From Scenedesmus sp. PABB004 (Eukaryota), in NCBI GenBank assembly GCA_014905635.1, contig JABVCE010000027.1, forward strand, positions 372,001-436,000: a stretch of DNA of 64,000 bases. The letters run 5' to 3'. This document shows, piece by piece, positions 56,970 to 64,000 of the stretch (positions within the stretch are counted from its first letter, which is position 1; every line of letters starts with the position of its first letter). The notes beneath the pieces are model-generated. The model made no database searches and was not told the DNA's origin. It saw only the letters and a list, made by a program, of their open reading frames with translations. The translations under genes and the position numbers were made by a program.

Positions 56970-59900
56970 TCAGCGCGCTCGCTCCCGCGCGGGAACAGGC
57001 GCCGCCTCCAGCGCGACGAGCCGGTGGAGCTGGTGCACGCGCGCCAGCAGCTCCGGGGGCGCCAGCAGCCGCGCGAGCGCGAGCTCCGCCGCGGCCGCGC
57101 CGTCCACGCCCGCAGCCTGGATCGCCGCCACCTGCGCGCACGCCGCGCCCAGCAGCTCCTCGCCCAGCTCGCCCGCCAGCGTGCGGCGCAGCGCCTCGGC
57201 GCCCCCCGGAGCCGACGCCGGCGCGCCGCCGCCAGGCTGCTGCTGCACGCGCTCCGGCGGCAGGGCCAGGGCGTCGCCGGCCGCGGCAGCGCCGCCACCG
57301 CCTGCCCGCCCGTCCCCCCTGGAGGAGGCGAGCGCCGAGCGAATGAGCCGCAGCACGCGCGCCGCCTGCGGGCTGGCGCAGTCGCCGTCCGGGCCGCTGC
57401 CATCGGCGCCGGCGCCGCGCGTGGCACGGTCGGTCGACAGCGGCGCCAGGCCCGCCGCGAGCTGCTGCTCCTGCACGCTCTGCCGCGCGCCGCCGCGCCG
57501 GTCACAGGGGCCGGGCGGCAGGAACACCTCCACCGCGGGGCCGTCGCCGCAGGACCGCTGGCTGCGCGGCTGCAGCCAGGGCTTGGCGGGCGTGCCCCGA
57601 CCGCCGACGGTGCCAGGGGCACCGGACACAGACGCCCCGGCGCCGCCCGCTGCGCTCGCGGGCCCCGCGCTGCGCCCGCTGCGCTCCCGCCGCGCCGCGC
57701 TGCCGTCCGCCGGCGCCGGTGCGTCGGCGCCGCCTGCGCCGTCGCTGCCCCCGAGCGGCACCAGCAGCGCCTCGCCGCCGCCGCCGCCACTGCTGGCCGC
57801 GCCCGCGAGCTGCGCAAAGTTGTGCGCAAACGCCGCGCCCAGCTCCGCCAGCTGCCCCTTGGCCACGCGCGGCTGCACGCCGCGCATCTGCTGGCGGTGC
57901 TGCCGCGCGGCCGCGGCGCGCTCATTGGCCTGCCGCGCGGCGGCCGCCGCCCTGTCGCGCGCCGCCGCCTCGAGCTCGGCGGCGCGCGCCGCGCGGCTGG
58001 CCAGCGCCGCGGCCGCCTCCTCTGCCTGCTGCCGCCGCCACGCCGCCTTCTCGGCCAGGCGCGCCGCTCGGGCGGCCGCGACCGAGTCGGGCGGCGTCAG
58101 GCTCTGCCGAGAGCCGGGCAGCCGCCGGGAGGCCCTGCCGCCGCAGGGGGTCCGCTTGCCCGGAGGCTGCTGCTGCGCGCCCGGCGTCGCCGGCGGCTTG
58201 CCGCGCCCGCTGGGCGGCGTCGGCCGGGCCGCCGAGCAGGGCTGCTGAGCTGCTCGCTCCGCCGGCCACGGCTGCGGCGGCGTCTGCTGCGGCGGCGGCG
58301 GCTGCTGCGGCGTGTGCGGCCGGCCAGCCGCCGCGCAGCGCTCGCCCTCGCCTGGCTTGCCGGGCGTGCGCTGCTGCTGGCTGCCAGGCAGCGCCGCCAT
58401 CTGCGCCGCCAGCTCGTCAAACGCCGCCTGCTGACGCTTCAGCCAGCCCGTCTGCAGCAGCCGCCGCCGCTGCGGGCCGGCCAGCTCCGGGGGCGAGCCA
58501 GCCGGTGGCCCGTCGGCCGCGCCCTCGCCCGCCGCGCCCTGCTGGCTGCTGGTGCTGGTGCTGCCTTGCGAAGCGCCGCTGGGATCGCTGGCAAGCGAAC
58601 TTGCCATGCTGCTGGGCTCCTCGCCGCTGCCCGTGCGGCTCAGCGGCGCCACCGTCGCAGCCTGGAGCCCTGGCGCGCGCCGTCCCGGCGCCGCCGGCTG
58701 CTTGCCGCCCCCGCCCTGCTCCTCCTGCGCCTCCTCCTGCGCCTGGCCGCCGTCGACCCCGGCCGGCCGCGGCGCCGCAGCTCCGGGCGCCCGGCTCAGC
58801 CTGCGGGGCGCGGTGCGGCATCCGCCGCGGGTGTTGGCCGGGCGTCGGTCGCGCCGCGCCGCGCCGTGCTGCGCCGCGCCGCGCCATGGCGCGCACCGCA
58901 TCACATGCTGCGCGTAGCGAGCGAGGTGGTGCTTCACCCAGTCCAGGCGCAGCACGGCGTCGATGCTCGGCCGCGCCGAGGGCTCGCGCGCGAGCAGGGC
59001 GCCGAGCAGCGCCCGCAGCTGCGGGCTCACGCCGCTCGGCAGCGGCGCGGGCCGGGCGCGCAGGATCTTGAGCACCAGCGCCGGCAGGCTCAGCGCCTCA
59101 AACGGCCGGCGCAGCGTGACGAGCTCATACAGGACGACGCCTGTGTGTGTGTGGGGGGGGGGGGGGCACGCGGCGGGTGCGCGGCGGGCGCGTGTGGCAC
59201 GCGGCGCCGGCGGCCGCCGCGCCCCGCCCGCAGCCCTGCGCCGCCGCCCCCGCACCGAGCGCCCAGACGTCGCTCGCCCGATTATAAGGCCGCTCCTCAC
59301 ACACTTCCGGGCTCATGTAGAACGGTGTGCCCACCTGTCGTGGCGGGTGTGAGCCGGCGTGCAGCCGGGCGAGGGCGCGCGGCGCGCGGCCCGCGCCGCA
59401 CCGCGGTGCGCGCGAGCTCGTGCTCGCTGCTCAGGCGGCGCGCGACGCCAAAGTCGCCCAGCTTGGCCAGGGGGCCTGGCCACGCGGCGTGGGCGCGGCG
59501 TGGGCTCGCGCGCGCTGCGCGGCCGCCGCGGGCGGCGGCGGCCGCACCGTCGCTGATGAAGATGTTGGCGGGCTTGAGGTCGCAGTGCAGCACGTTGGCG
59601 CGGTGCAGCTGCCAAAGCGCAAGCGCGACCTGAACGAACCAGAACATGACCTCGTCCTCGCTCAGCGGCGCGCGCGCCGCCGCGCGCGCGGCGATGAGGC
59701 GCGCCAGGTCGCCGCGTGCGCAGTGCTCGAGAACGATGCTGAGGATGTCGCCGTCCACAACGGCCTCCACGCAGCGCACGATGTTCAGGTGGTCGAGCGA
59801 CTGCATCACCCGGGCCTCGTTCACCGCCTCAGCCTGCGCGGCCGGCGGGAGGTCCCCGATGTGCACCTGCGACGCCGGCAGCGGCGGTCAACGCTGCCCG

Positions 59901-60076
59901 CGCCGCGATCCGGCGGGCGCCCGTGCGCGCCGCACCTGCTTCACCACCACAAGCTCGCCGCCCGGCTGTGTCGCCAGGAGCGCCTTGCCCGCCGCGCCGC
60001 AGCCGAGAGTGCCACCGAGCGCGTATTCACGGCCGTGCGCGCCGAGCAGCACTCGTTGCGGCGGCGGCTCCGCCAT
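56970..60076 (-). CDS. NEK: NIMA-related (NEK) Ser/Thr kinase
   Basis: [82 protein letters not shown] and a NEK-type C-terminal [14 protein letters not shown] region. Confidence 0.92.
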
Positions 60077-61209
60077 CGCTAGAGGCTGCGAGCCGACGCA
60101 GCGGCTCGCGAGACTCACGCGGCAGCAGCAGCCGGGGCCGCCGCGCGCCGCGGCGGCGGCGCGCAAAAACAGCAAAAGCGGCCGAGAGCGAGCAGCGGCT
60201 GTCCGAGAGCGAGCAGCTGCTCGTGCGGCTGTCGGGGCTGGCCCGGACGCGTCGGGCAGTGGGGCGAGGGCGGCAGCGGGAGCGGCGGCTGGCGGCGGGG
60301 CGGCGCACGTCGTTGCGGTTGCACCGCGCCCCCCCTCGCGCCCGCAAGTACCGCCTGCTGCTGCTAGTCCGCTGGTGAAAAATCGAGCGCCCACACGCCA
60401 GCAGGAGGCGGCGCCCCACCCAGCTCGCCGTTGCTGCTGGCCCTGCCCGCGCGTGCGCCGCTGCTGTCGCAGCGCATACGTCTCAGCATGCGCCGCCGCC
60501 CGCCGCCGCAGACGGGCGGCCGCCCGCGACGGCGGCGGGCGCTGCGCGCGCAGGCTGCTGCGCGCCAACACACCGCCCCCGGCGCTTCATTGCGGCGGCG
60601 GGCGCAAGCAATGACGGATTGCTCAGCCGGCCGCTGCGCGCGGGCCACGATCGAACAAACAAACCGGGTCAGGCGGCGCGGCGCCGGCGCCCGGGGGCAG
60701 GCGGCGCGCGCGCGAAGCGACGAACAAAATGACGACCCCCGGCACGCCGCGCCCGGCGCAGCCGGCACGTGCCGGCCCGCAGCCCGCTGTCCATGAGGAG
60801 GGACGGGCAGCGGCCCTGGCGCGGGGGCGCTGCGGGTGGAAGCACCCGCTTCCACGGCAGGCGGCGCCTCAGGCCGCGCGTGCCGCGCGAACTCGGCGCG
60901 AGCCAACGTACACACACAACCAGCGGCGGCGACGCACGCACACACTCGTCCGGCGGGCCGCTGCGTCCGAGGCGGGCGGGCGACCAGCAGCAGGCAGTTG
61001 CGCCGGCCGGCCCCGGCGGCGGGCACGCCCGCCGGCAATGCGCCGGGCGCGGCCCGACGCCGCAGCTCGGCCCGCCGTCCGGCACCAGAGGCGCGGCAAT
61101 GGCCCCCTCCCTCCCTCCCTCCCTCCCCGTTGGCCGCCGGCGCGCAATCGCCGCCGGCCTCTCCACACACTCGCGCGCGCGCTCGCTCGGGGCTGCGCGC
61201 GGCGGTCGT

Positions 61210-63564
61210 TCAAGAGGCGCCCCCGCCCGGCGTCCCGCCGCCGCCGACCGGCGACGCCGCGCCGGCGTCGGCGGGCGCCGGCCCGACGGGCGTGCCGCTG
61301 CGCGGCGTCGCGACCGCGGGGGTGGAGAGGCCGCTGCACGGCGTGCTGCAGCGCGGCGAGTCGGCGCCGCCGGGGAGGCCCGCGAGCGCTGAGCGCCGGA
61401 AGAGCATGCTGTTGCTCTTGGGCAGGCTGATGCCGCGGCCGTGGAGGAGGAGCGTGATGACGCTGATGTTGTCGCTGCTGCTCCGCCGCAGCGCGCGCTC
61501 CACGAGCGCGCGCGCGCTCTCCGCCGCGCGCTCCGCGAGCACGCGCGCGGCGGCGCCGCCGCCGCCGCCGCCGCCGGCCGGCTCGGCGCGCGGCCCCGCC
61601 GCGAGCGCGCGGCGCGCGACCGCGACGACCTCTGCGTTGTCCACCTTGTCCCACAGGCCGTCGGTCGCTAGCACCACAAAGTCGTCCTCCGCGCGCAGCT
61701 GCACGCTCAGCAGGTCGGGCGTGGGGATGAGCGCGCGCTTGCTGGGGTCGCGCTTGATGTGCGCCGACCCGATCGCGCGCGCGACCGCGAGCTCGCCGTA
61801 CCTGCCGGCCGGACGCGGCGGGGCGGCGCGGGGCGGCGCGGGGCGGCGCGGGGCGGCGCGCGGCGCGTTAGCGCGGCCGGCACGCGCGCGCGCCCGCAGC
61901 GGCCGCCGCAGCCAGCTGCCCCCCCCTACCCCCCCCCCCAAAGAAGGGTGCGCACATGTAGCCGTCGCAGCTGATGTCGGCGGCGGGGTCGTCCGCCTCG
62001 ATGCGCGCCGCCTCGAGGCTGCACGCGGGCTTGTGGTCGCGCGTGAGCTGCTGCGCGTCGCTGCCGCGGCCGAGCACGGCGCGCGAGTCGCCGACGTTGG
62101 CGATGTGCAGCTTGTCGTCCACCAGCAGCAGCGCGAGCAGCGTGCTGCCCGCGTTGCAGCGTGCCGCCGCAAACTGGGTGAGGATCTCCGCCTCGGCCTG
62201 CCGCACCGCCGCCGCGAGCGCGCCGAGCGGGTCGGCCGCAAGGCCCGCCGCGCCGGCGGCGAGCACGTAGCGCAGCAGGTGGTTCTCCAGGTGCTCCGCC
62301 GCCTCGTGGCCGGCGTGGCCGTCAAAGACCGCGAAAAACCCGGCGCGCGCGCAGCCCGCAAACTCGGGCTGCCCGCTGAGGTCGGTGCACGCGACGCGGT
62401 CCTCCATGTGCGTGCGCTGGTTCTGGTCGCTGTGCGCGCCAAAGCTCCACGGGCTCGACCAAAACGGCTCCGCGGCGCTCCACGACGCCGGCGACGGCGT
62501 GCCCGCGAGCGCGGCCTGCGCGGCGCGGCGGCGGCGGCGCGGCGGCGTGACGCGGTGGGGCAGCGGGGCCGCCCGGGCGCGCGTGCGCGCATGCATGCAT
62601 GCGCACGCGCGCATGCCCCCGCGTCGCGCACCTGCTGCTGCAGGATCGGCGGCACGGGCGAGTCGGACAGGCTGTCGCGCATGAGCGACGAGCGCCGGCT
62701 CGCGCGCCCGCTCTCGCCCAGCTGCGACGTGCGGCGGCTCTGCCCGCCGCTCGTGAGGCTGCTCACGGTGCTCGCGTTGGCGGAGCGGCTCAGGTCGGGC
62801 GGCTCCTCCGGCACGCTGCTGCTGCTGCTCGCCCGCCCCAGCATCGGCGCGCCGCTCTGCACCTGCAGCTGCGCCTGCAGCTGCTCCTGCAGCTGCTCCT
62901 GCTGCGCACGCTGCCGCTGCTGCTGCTGCTGCTGCTCCTGCTGCTGCTGCGGCACCGCCGCCGCCGCGCCGTTGGCGGCGCCAGCAGTCGCTGCGGCCGG
63001 CTGCTGCTCTGGGCCGGGCAGCCGCTTGCACGCGCCGGCCCCATCGGGGCCCGGCTCCGGCGGGCGTTGACCTGCCCCGCCGCGCGGCGGCGGCGCGCCC
63101 GGCGGCGCCGGGTAGTCCGGCACCAGCGGCTCTGGCTGCGCCGGGACCTGCGCGCGGCGGGGGAGACGGGGCGGGGAGGAGGGGCGGGGGCCGTGAGCCG
63201 GGGGCGCCCCGCCGGGCGGAGCGGCCCGCATGCACAGCGACGCGCCACGCTCCTGGGGCAGCCGCGGCGCCCCGCCGCCCATGCGCGCGCCGGGCCGCCC
63301 AGGCGCCCACAGCAGGCGCGGCGCGCCGCGCCGGCCGCCGCGCAGGCCTGTCGACAACCGCCCCCCGCGCCCCGGCGCGCGCGCGCCCCGCTGCCGCCCG
63401 TGGGAGCGGCGCGAGGCGCGCACGCCACGCTGGGAGCGTCGCGGCGCGGCCTTGGCGCGCGAGCAGCAGGCCGCCCCTCCCGGGCGCACCTCCCGGGCGC
63501 CCCTCCCGCGCTCCAGGTGCTTCACGAGTTTGAGCAAGCTGGACTTCACCGGCGAGACCATCAT
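61210..63564 (-). CDS. Protein phosphatase 2C (PPM family)
   Basis: RTHMEDR, FAVFDGHAG, GST, IANVGDSRAVL, LTRDHKP, LAVARAIG, VLATDGLWD and SSDNISV. Confidence 0.93.
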   Translation of the reverse strand: MMVSPVKSSLLKLVKHLERGRGAREVRPGGAACCSRAKAAPRRSQRGVRASRRSHGRQRGARAPGRGGRLSTGLRGGRRGAPRLLWAPGRPGARMGGGAPRLPQERGASLCMRAAPPGGAPPAHGPRPSSPPRLPRRAQVPAQPEPLVPDYPAPPGAPPPRGGAGQRPPEPGPDGAGACKRLPGPEQQPAAATAGAANGAAAAVPQQQQEQQQQQQRQRAQQEQLQEQLQAQLQVQSGAPMLGRASSSSSVPEEPPDLSRSANASTVSSLTSGGQSRRTSQLGESGRASRRSSLMRDSLSDSPVPPILQQQVRDAGACARAHACMRARAPGRPRCPTASRRRAAAAAPRRPRSRARRRRRRGAPRSRFGRARGALARTATRTSARTWRTASRAPTSAGSPSLRAARAPGFSRSLTATPATRRRSTWRTTCCATCSPPARRALRPTRSARSRRRCGRPRRRSSPSLRRHAATRAARCSRCCWWTTSCTSPTSATRAPCSAAAATRSSSRATTSPRAASRRRASRRTTPPPTSAATATCAHPSLGGGVGGGSWLRRPLRARARAGRANAPRAAPRRPAPPRAAPPRPAGRYGELAVARAIGSAHIKRDPSKRALIPTPDLLSVQLRAEDDFVVLATDGLWDKVDNAEVVAVARRALAAGPRAEPAGGGGGGGAAARVLAERAAESARALVERALRRSSSDNISVITLLLHGRGISLPKSNSMLFRRSALAGLPGGADSPRCSTPCSGLSTPAVATPRSGTPVGPAPADAGAASPVGGGGTPGGGAS

Positions 63565-63882
63565 CAGGCTAAGGCGCGACACATGACGCCGGTGTTGTGC
63601 GCTGCGGCAGCTGCTTGCTCGCGCGGCTGCGGCTGCGGCGCTCTGTTGGACGTGCGGGCGGCCCGGCGGTCACACGGGAACTGGCGGGCACGGGACCGCG
63701 CGCGCGGGCATGGCGCGGCGGCGGCGGCGGCTCCGACCGCTCTCAACCGCGCGCAGCCGCTCGGGCGCCGGCCGGCCGGTCACACGCGCGCGGCGGCGAG
63801 AGTCGTCAGCGGCGTTTGGAGGGGCTCCCCCTGGTCGGATTACTGGCCTGGAACACACCCAGGGCCAGATGGGGTGGTCGAA

Positions 63883-63993
63883 TCAATCGGAGATCGGCTG
63901 CGCCGCACACGCCGCGCCGCCGCCGTCGCGCGCCGCGAGTGCCGTGCGCGCCTCCGCCGCCACCGCCTCCATGCCCTCCATGCCCTCCAGCAC
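63883..63993 (-). CDS. Probable terminal exon of a gene continuing beyond the window
   Basis: CCGCAG acceptor followed by VLEGMEGMEAVAAEART..ISD*. Confidence 0.45.
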   Translation of the reverse strand: MLEGMEGMEAVAAEARTALAARDGGGAACAAQPISD

Positions 63994-64000
63994 CTGCGGC

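Overview
Eukaryotic, intron-rich, extremely GC-rich DNA (visually ~80% GC). The gene content, GTGCG/GTGAG donors, TGTAA poly(A) signals and TTTAGGG-like motifs suggest a chlorophyte green alga, probably Sphaeropleales-like (inference). Manual splicing gives about 19 densely packed genes: 3-hydroxyisobutyrate dehydrogenase (5'-partial), a hypothetical, Ycf49/DUF2499, METTL16/FIONA1-like methyltransferase, a second hypothetical, beta-amylase, OSCA/TMEM63 channel, Sfi1-like protein, ADP-glucose pyrophosphorylase subunit, AZG purine permease, a secreted GACC-repeat Cys-rich protein, BioF, HAT1, cyclic-nucleotide phosphodiesterase, V-ATPase subunit e, a duplicated-domain membrane protein, NEK kinase, PP2C and the last exon of a further gene. 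I saw no rRNA, tRNA, CRISPR array or transposase. Most long ORFs in the six-frame track are GC shadow ORFs. Most notable: (1) at least 21 GC-AG introns, all after an exonic AG; (2) a polarised intron design with G/GT/TTTAGGG-like 5' parts and C/CA/CCCTAAA-like 3' parts; (3) an SPF30/ZGPAT-like N-terminal helix on METTL16; (4) a small secreted GACC-repeat protein; (5) an AGPase subunit with charge-reversed catalytic residues; (6) three apparent frameshifts in simple repeats. Coordinates were read by eye and family calls come from remembered motifs, not database searches.
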